Assembly: GCA_030638335.1 (NCBI GenBank)
Contig: DAOWET010000216.1
Location: forward strand, 1-38,356
Length of the DNA stretch: 38,356 nt
Reading direction: 5' to 3'
Source of the DNA: Nitrospirota bacterium
GTDB taxonomy: Bacteria > Nitrospirota > Thermodesulfovibrionia > Thermodesulfovibrionales > JdFR-86
Below are positions 1-7,880 of this stretch, in pieces. Both the position numbers and the translations under genes were made by a program. Within the stretch, counting starts at the first letter, position 1, and each line of letters opens with the position of its first letter. The notes under the pieces are model-generated. The model saw only the letters and a list, made by a program, of their open reading frames with translations, was not told the DNA's origin and searched no databases.

Positions 1-14
1 AGGTGAAACTAACT

Positions 15-728
15 ATGAAAAAAGCAATATTTATGGCAATGGCAGTCGCATTCGCCTTTGGCATGATCCTCGCAGGCAACGCTGAGGCGGGGGTGCTGAA
101 CACATGGCACGACTTCAGTGAGGGTTCAAACGCATGGGAATTCCAGGCGGTTCCTGATACTGACGTACTCGCTGCTGAAACAACCCAGATGTGCGTGTTC
201 TGTCACCACCCTCACAGAAGCACTGGGGGAACCAGCTTCTCAACCAACGAGGTGCTCTGGAACCAGGTTGATCAGAACGCTACTTACGCGGTCTACAACT
301 CAACCACCAGTGCTACCATCAACGGTGTCGCCACTACTATCAGTAACGCAAGTGGCGTGAGGAGCTATCTCTGCATGGCTTGCCATGACGGTGATATCGC
401 TAATAACTCACTCGTAGCCCTACCAGGCGATGGTGTGAACACAACCCTGTACGCCCTCGTCGGAACCGGTGACCTGGGTGACACACTCGAGGACGACCAC
501 CCTGTCAACATTACTTACGCTAACACGGTTGACAATGGCCTGAGCGACAACATCCTCAACAGTGCAGTTGACGGCACTTACCCGCTCTACAGCGGCGAAG
601 TGCAGTGCTCCACTTGCCACGATGTGCACGACTCGAAGACCACCGCAACCACGGGTGTTCAGTTCATGAGAAGCGCGTCCTGGGAAGCAAGCAGTGCGAT
701 CTGCGTAGCTTGCCACACCAACAAGTAA
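15..728 (+). CDS. secreted tetraheme c-type cytochrome
   Basis: ORF 3..728. The ATG at 15 lies 8 nt after AGGTGA (1-6). Signal peptide MKKAIFMAMAVAFAFGMILAGNAEA. Four CxxCH heme motifs (CVFCH, CMACH, CSTCH, CVACH), in the style of paired-CXXCH multiheme cytochromes. A strong terminator follows. Confidence 0.85.
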   Translation: MKKAIFMAMAVAFAFGMILAGNAEAGVLNTWHDFSEGSNAWEFQAVPDTDVLAAETTQMCVFCHHPHRSTGGTSFSTNEVLWNQVDQNATYAVYNSTTSATINGVATTISNASGVRSYLCMACHDGDIANNSLVALPGDGVNTTLYALVGTGDLGDTLEDDHPVNITYANTVDNGLSDNILNSAVDGTYPLYSGEVQCSTCHDVHDSKTTATTGVQFMRSASWEASSAICVACHTNK

Positions 729-765
729 GATTGTTCGTGTGCTTGCGATGCATGCAGCATCAAGG

Positions 766-794
766 AAAAGGGGGCTGATTTTCAGCCCCCTTTT
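766..794 (+). terminator. rho-independent terminator (symmetrical, possibly bidirectional)
   Basis: aaaagggggctga-ttt-tcagccccctttt forms a perfect 13-bp stem with a 3-nt loop and an A-run/T-run at the base. It lies 38 nt after the cytochrome stop. Confidence 0.8.
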
Positions 795-824
795 CCTATC
801 ACACTTCAATGAAAATGAAGAGGT

Positions 825-853
825 TTGATTTTAACCATGACCGTGACTATAAT
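825..853 (+). promoter_or_regulatory. sigma70-type promoter of the NHL lipoprotein gene
   Basis: TTGATT (825-830), a 17-nt spacer, then TATAAT (848-853). The ATG at 863 is only 9 nt downstream and has no Shine-Dalgarno sequence. Confidence 0.6.
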
Positions 854-862
854 AGTTAAGCC

Positions 863-1918
863 ATGATACGGAATAAAATATTAATACTGGTCGCAGGCAT
901 CATTTTATCTTCCTTTGCCACAGGCTGTGCTCCACAGTACGTTGAGCCGGACTATTCCCGTTATTTCTGGCCGCCGCCGCCGGAATTGAAGCGTGTGCAA
1001 TTGCTGAAGCTGTTACGGACCGACATTGACATCAGGCGACCCACGATCAATGAAGAACTTTTCGGCGGCACCGCTTATTTCGCCTTTAAAAAACCCTGTG
1101 ACGTGGTCATGGACGATGCCGGCACTCTCTATGTCTCCGACTCTTATAACCGCACGATATACAAGTTGAACATGGATTCCGGCCAGCTCGCTACTTTTGG
1201 CCCTGCCGGCCGATGGAAGGAACCCAAGGCCATGGCCATTGATAACAAGCACGGACTTATGGGAATCGTCGACTACAAGACCGCGCACGTATACAGACTC
1301 GCTTCGGGCAAACCAGCCTTCGAACTAACCGGTGCCGATATTGCAAAACCATCAGGCATGGCCTTTGACCCTGAACGGAAATTCATCTATGTATCAGATA
1401 TCAGAGGCAACCAGATACACAAGTTCGATTACGAGGGGAAATTCCTTCTAACATTTGGCGGCAGGGGAAACGCAGAGGGGCGTCTCTACTTCCCGGGGCA
1501 TATGGCTGTGAATCCCGAGGGCCTGCTGTATGTTATCGACATAATGAACTGGCGCGTTCAGGTATATGACAGCGACGGCAACTTTGTCAGGACCTTCGGA
1601 AGCCATGGCAGCGGTCCCGGGCAGTTCGGCAGGCCAAAGGGCATAGCCATCAACAGTGAAGGCATCGTTTTTGTCTCTGACGGTGACTTCAACCGCATCA
1701 CGCTTTTCACAAGCACTGGCACGCCTTTGATCATCTTCGGGCAAAAGGGACGCCAGCCCGGCGAATTCCTGAACCCCTACGGGATATCCATCGACAAGAA
1801 CGGAAAGTTCTACGTCGTGGACCAGACCAACCGGCGCGTGCATGTCTACCAGCTCTATACCGACGAGTACTACGAAGGCGAGTTCCAGAAGGACATCACC
1901 TCAACTCCCAAACCCTAG
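863..1918 (+). CDS. six-bladed NHL-repeat beta-propeller lipoprotein
   Basis: Lipoprotein signal with lipobox (ILSSFATGC). Six recurring blades of the form xxxPxGhAhDxxGxhYVxDxxNxRhxhh, for example FGRPKGIAINSEGIVFVSDGDFNRITLF and FLNPYGISIDKNGKFYVVDQTNRRVHVY. Confidence 0.85.
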   Translation: MIRNKILILVAGIILSSFATGCAPQYVEPDYSRYFWPPPPELKRVQLLKLLRTDIDIRRPTINEELFGGTAYFAFKKPCDVVMDDAGTLYVSDSYNRTIYKLNMDSGQLATFGPAGRWKEPKAMAIDNKHGLMGIVDYKTAHVYRLASGKPAFELTGADIAKPSGMAFDPERKFIYVSDIRGNQIHKFDYEGKFLLTFGGRGNAEGRLYFPGHMAVNPEGLLYVIDIMNWRVQVYDSDGNFVRTFGSHGSGPGQFGRPKGIAINSEGIVFVSDGDFNRITLFTSTGTPLIIFGQKGRQPGEFLNPYGISIDKNGKFYVVDQTNRRVHVYQLYTDEYYEGEFQKDITSTPKP

Positions 1919-2018
1919 TAGGTCCATCAGGAAACATCCCGCAACACTTCCGGTGCCGGCCAAGCAACCGATCGGTAACAGGCGATAACAGGTGTCCAGG
2001 CAGACCTGGGACAGGAGA

Positions 2019-3890
2019 TTATTTCTTCTCCGCAGGATTCCGCAACTTCTCCATGAGCGTTCTTTTCATGCTGGAGCCATCCGGCAGCCCGGCAAGCGCC
2101 TGCCTTGCCTCCCGCGCGCGGCCTGACCAGAAAAGCCCTGCCGCCCTGGACTCAAGCAGAACAGGATGCCTTGGAGCACTGATGAGCATCAGCGCCGCAT
2201 AGTCCGCAATATAACTGTAGAGGCGCCTCTTTGAGAGCGCGCAGCACCCTATCACCTCGGCGTTGACAGGGTCGTCCCTGACAAGCAGCACAGTGTTGTT
2301 GCGGATATAGACAGGGACCCATATGTCATCGCCCTCCCAGGCCATCATGGACAATATGGGGAAGACCGCGCCGTTCTTGTCCGAGAGCGCCGGCACCATG
2401 ATCGTGTTTATCCCGTACGAGTCCAGTGTCTCGCGCCAGCCGGGAGAGCCCTCCAGTATCTCCACATAGCGGGCAAATGCCTCGGAATCCAGTTCCCGCC
2501 CGTCGATGAAAACACGGTAGTCGGGCCATGCGCTCCATATCAGGTATCCACCCCAGCCCAGGTAATTAAAAAGCGGCCCTTTTACATCGTGCTCACGCAT
2601 GAACCGCACCGCACCCTCCGGGTACTCACCGCTTATCCAGGTGGACGGGGGCCGCGGGTCAAAACGCCATGGCTGCTCTGTTCCGTAGTAGGCAAGCATC
2701 GAGACAAGCAGCAGGGCCATCGCGGCCGCAGGCGCGGCCCGCCTCCAGCCACCCAGGCCATCCAGCGACCAGGTTACGCAAAAGGCAAGCACTGGCAGAG
2801 CAAAGAGCACCCCCCTGAAATACGCAGTGCCAAACCACACGACAAAGACCGCCACAAGCACCACCGGGAGCATGATCCTCTTTTTAAACCAGGAAGCGGT
2901 CGCGATCACAGCAAGTGAGATCATATAGTATGCAAGGATGAACAATGGCCATTTAAGCCCGAGGGACTGATAGATATACATCAAGGGCTTGTACTCCAGC
3001 ACCTGGCTCATGACAGTAGCGCTTCCCGCCAAGGCCCTCTCACCCTGAAGCATCTGGCCGCCCAGAAGGCTCAGGGCCCACTGGACCTGCAGATACCACC
3101 CGGGGTGCAGCCCCGCTGCAAGCAGCCCTGCGGCAGAGGCCCCAAAGAACCAGGCCGGACGCTCCAGGGGCTGTCCCAGATACCCTGCCAGCGTGACGCC
3201 ATATCTGTGGGCAAGCAATGTGACCAGCTCACCTGTGGCCCAGAGCGCAATAAGGGAAACACCGACTATGTACCCCCCGTGCATATTGCTCCACAGGGGC
3301 ATCAATGCCGGAAGGGCCAGATGCCACCATATGGACGCGTCCCCCCGGCGCAAGCGATGGAGGACCAGCAGGACAACACATGCAAACGCGAATGAGAGCG
3401 CCTGTGGCCGCTCATATGACACTGTGAAGAACATGGATGTCAGGAAAACAGGTGCGGAGACCACAGCGAGCCCGGATGAGGAGCCGAACGACCACCCCTT
3501 GCGTCTCGATCCCCAGGCAAATACAAGGACAAACGGCAGGAGCACCAAAGTCGCCCTTAAGGCGGAAAGCCCCGAAGGCCCGAAGTTCTCAAATACGGCA
3601 TAAAGCACGACCTGGCCAAGCCACTGGCTCCTGAGCCCCTGCAGAGAGCTGCCCTCAAGCCGCTGGCCCTCAAGCGTAAAGCCATAGGGGTCCTCAGGCC
3701 CTGGCAGCGTATGTGTCTCCAGGATGTACTGGCCGTTTTTCAGATGGAACCAGGTGTCGGGGCTTCCAAGCGGCACAAGCGCCAGGAACCAGAAGTAGAC
3801 AAAAAGACCTGCCCCAATCAAGAAAACCGCCAGCAATGGCAGGAGAGCCGGGCTTGCCTGATCCTCACTTTCTTCCTGTTTCACGATCAT
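2019..3890 (-). CDS. large polytopic membrane protein, possibly a GT-C-fold glycosyltransferase; function uncertain
   Basis: 623-aa ORF with many hydrophobic helices over about 400 aa and a roughly 200-aa soluble C-terminal domain. It is the last gene of the nadD-rsfS-rlmH-lapB-HARP string. I saw no diagnostic catalytic motif. Confidence 0.55.
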   Translation of the reverse strand: MIVKQEESEDQASPALLPLLAVFLIGAGLFVYFWFLALVPLGSPDTWFHLKNGQYILETHTLPGPEDPYGFTLEGQRLEGSSLQGLRSQWLGQVVLYAVFENFGPSGLSALRATLVLLPFVLVFAWGSRRKGWSFGSSSGLAVVSAPVFLTSMFFTVSYERPQALSFAFACVVLLVLHRLRRGDASIWWHLALPALMPLWSNMHGGYIVGVSLIALWATGELVTLLAHRYGVTLAGYLGQPLERPAWFFGASAAGLLAAGLHPGWYLQVQWALSLLGGQMLQGERALAGSATVMSQVLEYKPLMYIYQSLGLKWPLFILAYYMISLAVIATASWFKKRIMLPVVLVAVFVVWFGTAYFRGVLFALPVLAFCVTWSLDGLGGWRRAAPAAAMALLLVSMLAYYGTEQPWRFDPRPPSTWISGEYPEGAVRFMREHDVKGPLFNYLGWGGYLIWSAWPDYRVFIDGRELDSEAFARYVEILEGSPGWRETLDSYGINTIMVPALSDKNGAVFPILSMMAWEGDDIWVPVYIRNNTVLLVRDDPVNAEVIGCCALSKRRLYSYIADYAALMLISAPRHPVLLESRAAGLFWSGRAREARQALAGLPDGSSMKRTLMEKLRNPAEKK

Positions 3891-3941
3891 CAGTTGTCCA
3901 AGTAATGAATTTCTTGTAGCAATAGCTTAATGGAAGAGGGT

Positions 3942-4553
3942 TTAATGCTGACTGCCCTCCTGCTCCTTTATGGCCGCCTCAACAAAGGACGGGAACTTCT
4001 CGGGCAAGAGCCACTTTATCCCCAGCTTGTCCGCCCATATGACAGCCCCTCCATCCGCCGTAACCAGCACGGCGTCGAGCTCATAAGCGAGCAGAAGAAG
4101 GTCAACGTCCTCCTTGCTGTCGAGGATGCCCTCCCGGAGCGCGTCGCGGTACTTCCGCCTTAGGTCCTTGATAAGCTCGTCGGGTTCAGTGGAATGCGCT
4201 CTGCGCAACGCCTTCTCGGATATCCTGAGCCCCTTGTTCACCCTCTCGCGCATCTCCTCCACAAACTCGTACAGAAGCATCGAGGGCAACTGGATATCAA
4301 GCCTGGAGGGGGCCTTCTGGTTCAGGTGCAACAGCAGTTCCCCGCTGATCTGGTCCCTGCTTACGAAGTTCATCAGTTCCTCGAATATCGAGGGGGGCAT
4401 GAAGAACTCCAGCGAGGTGGCCTCCCTTGCCATGTCAAGAAATCGCGAGAAGGCCTCGGTTGGTGTAGAGCCAAGGCTGTGCCGTACCTCAGGGTTCACA
4501 AAAAGGCTTGTGTCAAGAACGACTCTCTTAATCTTTCCGCTCCTGTCCGGCAT
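3942..4553 (-). CDS. HARP-family PIN-like protein (homolog of Aquifex protein-only RNase P, also annotated RNA ligase partner / RNA-free RNase P)
   Basis: 203 aa. N-terminal PIN strand VVLDTSLFVNPE, central LLYEFVEEMRERVNKGLRI, and C-terminal RRKYRDALREGILDSKEDVDLLLLAYELDAVLVTADGG. These match the family hallmarks as I recall them for Aq_880-like proteins. Confidence 0.75.
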   Translation of the reverse strand: MPDRSGKIKRVVLDTSLFVNPEVRHSLGSTPTEAFSRFLDMAREATSLEFFMPPSIFEELMNFVSRDQISGELLLHLNQKAPSRLDIQLPSMLLYEFVEEMRERVNKGLRISEKALRRAHSTEPDELIKDLRRKYRDALREGILDSKEDVDLLLLAYELDAVLVTADGGAVIWADKLGIKWLLPEKFPSFVEAAIKEQEGSQH

Positions 4554-5838
4554 TAAGCCTCAGCCTCATGGTGTTCCAGTTGTCGCAGGAAGGACAACGG
4601 CCAACCCACTGCATGGCGGAATGCCCGCATTCCATGCAAAAGTACGGAACCTTCAGAGCAGAGCTGAGCTTCATTGTCTTTTTGAACTGCTCGACCGCCT
4701 TCTCACACTGCTGGCGTCTCATATACAGCTCGCCAAGCAGAAGAGGGACCTCCGGGAAGGTGTCCTCAAGCGCTTCGAGTTCGCGGAAAGCGTCGTCCAC
4801 CATCTCAAGCCTGAAGTACAGCTTGGCCAGGAAGAATCGCAAACCAGTGTTGTCCGGCTCCTCGGAGAGCCTGTGCTGATAGGTGCGTATGAGCCTGAGA
4901 GGGTCGCCAAGGCCAATGACGATGTCCTCGAGGCGTACAAGGAGCAAGTGGACATGTGTGGACGCATAGGCCTTCTCGATGTATTCCACAGCGCCGTCGG
5001 TATCGTTGCCAGCGATCATCGTCTCGACCACGCCCACATGGGCCGGGATGAAATCATTGTCCTCCTTGACAATGGCCCTGAACCCCTTATTGGCCTTATC
5101 GAGCTCGCTGGTTTCCAGCGCTGCGCAGGCCAGCTCATACTGGTAGCCCATGAGTATGGACTTCTCGCGCTCCTGCCGTTGCTGGTCACGCTCAAGGCGC
5201 AGGATGGCCCTCTGGACCTCGATAAGGTCATCCCAGCGGGAATCGCGCTCAAGGAGCGCGCGTTTTTTCATGAAGGCGCTGTGGTTGTCCTGGTCTATCT
5301 GGAGTATCTCGTCAATGTATTGCAGGGAATCGTCCAGGCGTTCAAGGCGCTGCATGACCTCGGCCAGCGAGAAAAGGGCCTCAAGGTTCCTCTCGGATGC
5401 GTCCAGCGCCCTCTTGTAGTAAGTGGCGGCCTGCTGAAAGTCCCCGGCACGGGTCTCCATGTTACCCATCCTCAGAAGGGCGTCAGAGTGCCCTGGGTCC
5501 ATCTTGAGTATCTGGTCGAGGGAAGACCTCGCTGTTGCCGTATCCTCGCCCAGGATGGCGTTCAGGGCCCTGTTGTACAGTTCGGATATCTTCTCAACCC
5601 GCTTGTGGATGCGTTGGGCCTGGTAATTGACCATGAACCGCATGGAATCCCGAACCATGAACAGCACAAGCATGGTCAAGGCCCCAAATACCGCGGAAAC
5701 CAGGATCAGGCCGATCTTGGGTATCTTATAGACCTCGCCAAAGGGTACGGTTATGCTCGTGGCGTCGTTGTTGAACACCGAGAACATGGCTATGACAGCC
5801 AGAAATATGATCACTACGGAAATCGAGAGCTTGCCCAT
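4528..5838 (-). CDS. lapB: LapB/YciM-like LPS assembly regulator with an N-terminal LapA-like two-helix membrane anchor
   Basis: Two N-terminal TM helices, a long run of TPR-like helical repeats, and a C-terminal rubredoxin-type zinc ribbon (CMECGHSAMQWVGRCPSCDNW). Its start overlaps the rlmH stop (TGATG). Confidence 0.75.
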   Translation of the reverse strand: MGKLSISVVIIFLAVIAMFSVFNNDATSITVPFGEVYKIPKIGLILVSAVFGALTMLVLFMVRDSMRFMVNYQAQRIHKRVEKISELYNRALNAILGEDTATARSSLDQILKMDPGHSDALLRMGNMETRAGDFQQAATYYKRALDASERNLEALFSLAEVMQRLERLDDSLQYIDEILQIDQDNHSAFMKKRALLERDSRWDDLIEVQRAILRLERDQQRQEREKSILMGYQYELACAALETSELDKANKGFRAIVKEDNDFIPAHVGVVETMIAGNDTDGAVEYIEKAYASTHVHLLLVRLEDIVIGLGDPLRLIRTYQHRLSEEPDNTGLRFFLAKLYFRLEMVDDAFRELEALEDTFPEVPLLLGELYMRRQQCEKAVEQFKKTMKLSSALKVPYFCMECGHSAMQWVGRCPSCDNWNTMRLRLNAGQERKD

Positions 5839-6284
5839 CAGTTGTGGTAAGACCTCCTGTTCATTATCATCTGCGCCCTGTAGACCTGCTCAAGCAGGAT
5901 CACGCGGGCCATCTGGTGCGTAAATGTCATCGGAGAAAGAGATATCCGCTGGCCCGCGGCCTCCTTCACCCTCTGGGCAACCCCGTAGGGGCCGCCGATC
6001 ACGAACTCCGCCTCGGCCTGCCCCCCGAGCATCCCTGCAAGCCCCGGCGAGTCAATCCCCCTGCCCTGCTCGTCCAGCAGGATGAACCTGCTTCCAGCCT
6101 GCCTGAGTATACGCTCCGCTTCCTTTTCAAGGGCGTCCCGGGACCCCGAGGCCTTGCCCCTCTCTTCCTTGACCTCGACCACACTGACCTGGGCCATGGG
6201 TCTCAGAAGGGCCATATACTTCTCAATACCCTCAGCGATCCAGGGCTCCTTGGTCTTACCTACCCATAACAGCCTTATCCTCAT
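5838..6284 (-). CDS. rlmH: 23S rRNA (pseudouridine1915-N3)-methyltransferase RlmH (SPOUT)
   Basis: MRIRLLWVGKTKEPWIAEGIEKY ... ILLDEQGRGIDSPGLA ... FVIGGPYGV ... LSLSPMTFTHQMARVILLEQVYRA. Start taken at the internal ATG 6284, because the longer ORF to 6371 overlaps rsfS. Confidence 0.85.
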   Translation of the reverse strand: MRIRLLWVGKTKEPWIAEGIEKYMALLRPMAQVSVVEVKEERGKASGSRDALEKEAERILRQAGSRFILLDEQGRGIDSPGLAGMLGGQAEAEFVIGGPYGVAQRVKEAAGQRISLSPMTFTHQMARVILLEQVYRAQMIMNRRSYHN

Positions 6285-6699
6285 CCACCTCGACCCTCGG
6301 GGCATCAAGCCAGAGTTTCTCGAGCTCGTAGAACTCGCGGGCATCCCGGTCGAACACGTGCACGACCACATCTCCGTAATCCATGAGCACCCAGTGGGCG
6401 AACCTCTTGCCCTCTATGCCGGAGGGCTTGAGCCCATAGCTGGAAAGCACCTGCTCAACGCTCTCGACAACAGCCTCCACATGAGGTGCGCTCGTGCCAG
6501 TGCAGATCACGAAAAAGTCCGTATAGGCCACAAGCTCCAGCATGTCGAGAACGACAAGGTCCAGGGCCTTCTTGTCCAGCGCGGCAAGAGCCACAGCCCT
6601 GGCCTTCTCTAGAGAGTCCCTTATGCCCTGCTCGCCCTGCTCATCAGGGCCGGGGTTTTCTCTACCGGTGGCCATGGCCCCCCGGTTTCCCGTTATCAC
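6256..6699 (-). CDS. rsfS: ribosome silencing factor RsfS (iojap family)
   Basis: ALDKKALDLVVLDMLELVAYTDFFVICTGTSAPHVEAVVESV ... WVLMDYGDVVVHVF. The GTG start overlaps the nadD stop (GTGA). An alternative ATG at 6675 is possible. Confidence 0.85.
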   Translation of the reverse strand: MITGNRGAMATGRENPGPDEQGEQGIRDSLEKARAVALAALDKKALDLVVLDMLELVAYTDFFVICTGTSAPHVEAVVESVEQVLSSYGLKPSGIEGKRFAHWVLMDYGDVVVHVFDRDAREFYELEKLWLDAPRVEVDEDKAVMGR

Positions 6700-7373
6700 G
6701 ATGTGTCGCCAGAATACAAAGCATTCGTAATTATAAAAGATTTCACTGTCTCAGGCAATAAGTACGCAACGCTCTGGCCCCTGCCAAGCCTTTTCCTGAT
6801 ATCAGTGGCCGATATGTCCAGTGCCGTTGTCCTGACAACAAAGGCCTTCCGGGGCTCGCCCTTCCCGCTCACCAGGGCTCCTTCCGCTACCGTCCCTTCA
6901 CCCCTGTCAAGCCTGCCGAGGGACTCGGGCTCAATGCTCAGATGCGGAGAATCCAACAGGTCCAGAGCCGGCACGCCTGGCCTGCATACAATAGCAAAGT
7001 CCGCCGCGCAAACAATCTTTCCGGCGTCTTTCCATTTAGGCAGGTCAAGAAAGGCGTCCGCCCCGACAATAAAGACCAGGTCGTCCTCCGGATAAAGCTC
7101 CCCCAGCGTGCCGATCGTATCAATGGTGTAGGAAGGCCCGGGACGAGTGGCCTCGATATCAAGCACCTTGAAGGCGGCATTGCCGGCCGTGGCGAGCCTG
7201 ACCATCTCGACCCTGCTGGTCACATCCACAAGGTCTGCGTTCTTCAGCGGAGGGACACCGGCGGGGATAAAAAGTACCTCCCCAAGCCCCAGAAGCTCAC
7301 GGACCTCTTCGGCGGCCCTCAAGTGGCCAAGATGAACGGGGTTGAACGTTCCGCCAAGGATGCCAACCCTCAT
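6696..7373 (-). CDS. nadD: nicotinate-nucleotide adenylyltransferase
   Basis: N-terminal MRVGILGGTFNPVHLGHL (the HxGH nucleotidyltransferase motif) and a C-terminal ISATDIR-type motif. Confidence 0.9.
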   Translation of the reverse strand: MRVGILGGTFNPVHLGHLRAAEEVRELLGLGEVLFIPAGVPPLKNADLVDVTSRVEMVRLATAGNAAFKVLDIEATRPGPSYTIDTIGTLGELYPEDDLVFIVGADAFLDLPKWKDAGKIVCAADFAIVCRPGVPALDLLDSPHLSIEPESLGRLDRGEGTVAEGALVSGKGEPRKAFVVRTTALDISATDIRKRLGRGQSVAYLLPETVKSFIITNALYSGDTS

Positions 7374-7379
7374 CCGGCA

Positions 7380-7661
7380 TCAAAGCCCCATTTTGTTCAA
7401 TGCGTCCTTGGCTGTCTGGGTCTGCGTGGGCGCGTCCTCCAGCAGGTAGAGCATGACACCGCCCCTTACAGGGCGGATAACGACCTTGCCGTCCTTGGCA
7501 AGTGCGTTTGTCGCATCCACAGGGCTGGCCCCGTCATAATAGTCCTTGAAAGCCTCATTAAACCCCGAGTATACGGTGTGTATCCCCTTATACCCACCCT
7601 TACGGAGGCTTACGATCGCCTTTTTCACAAATTCCTCATGCGAAAGCTTATCCTCAGACAT
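7380..7661 (-). CDS. small conserved-looking hypothetical protein (93 aa)
   Basis: The ATG at 7661 lies 6 nt after AAGGAGG. The TTG at 7667 used in the ORF track overlaps the RBS. It is the first gene of the nadD string, and I recognise no family. Confidence 0.55.
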   Translation of the reverse strand: MSEDKLSHEEFVKKAIVSLRKGGYKGIHTVYSGFNEAFKDYYDGASPVDATNALAKDGKVVIRPVRGGVMLYLLEDAPTQTQTAKDALNKMGL

Positions 7662-7840
7662 GTGCAACCTCCTTGCAATTTGCCCCTATTGCCGCGTATG
7701 CGGTAAATGTCCGTCAAACTATATATAACTGCTATATTATTACATACCTATATATATGTAAAGCATAAATATCAAGAAATAATGAAAAAAATGCATATCA
7801 GCAACTGGATAGGGATTTTCAGGCAGGCTTCTGAAGGGGT

Positions 7841-7872
7841 AAAAAAACCAGGGCCGGAAGTCTCCGGCCCCG
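7841..7872 (-). terminator. rho-independent terminator after the CheX-fusion gene
   Basis: Minus strand reads GGGCCGGA-GACT-TCCGGCCC followed by TGGTTTTTTT. It begins 10 nt after the stop codon at 7881. Confidence 0.85.
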
Positions 7873-7880
7873 GCGGGAAA

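Noticed and set aside
4114-5850. A 578-aa plus-strand ORF spanning the HARP and lapB-like region.
   Set aside because: It is antisense to two genes with clear family motifs. The product is a low-complexity, Leu/Arg/Ser-rich shadow typical of GC-rich DNA, with no start-site signals or recognisable domain.
6942-7706. A 254-aa plus-strand ORF. Similar long antisense or alternate-frame ORFs occur at 11352-12161, 12616-13194, 21754-22440, 28896-29495 and 36658-37419.
   Set aside because: Each lies entirely within, or opposite to, a gene with strong family signatures (nadD, deoA, the GTDC1-like gene, proA, nrdJ, MFS). They are shadow ORFs.
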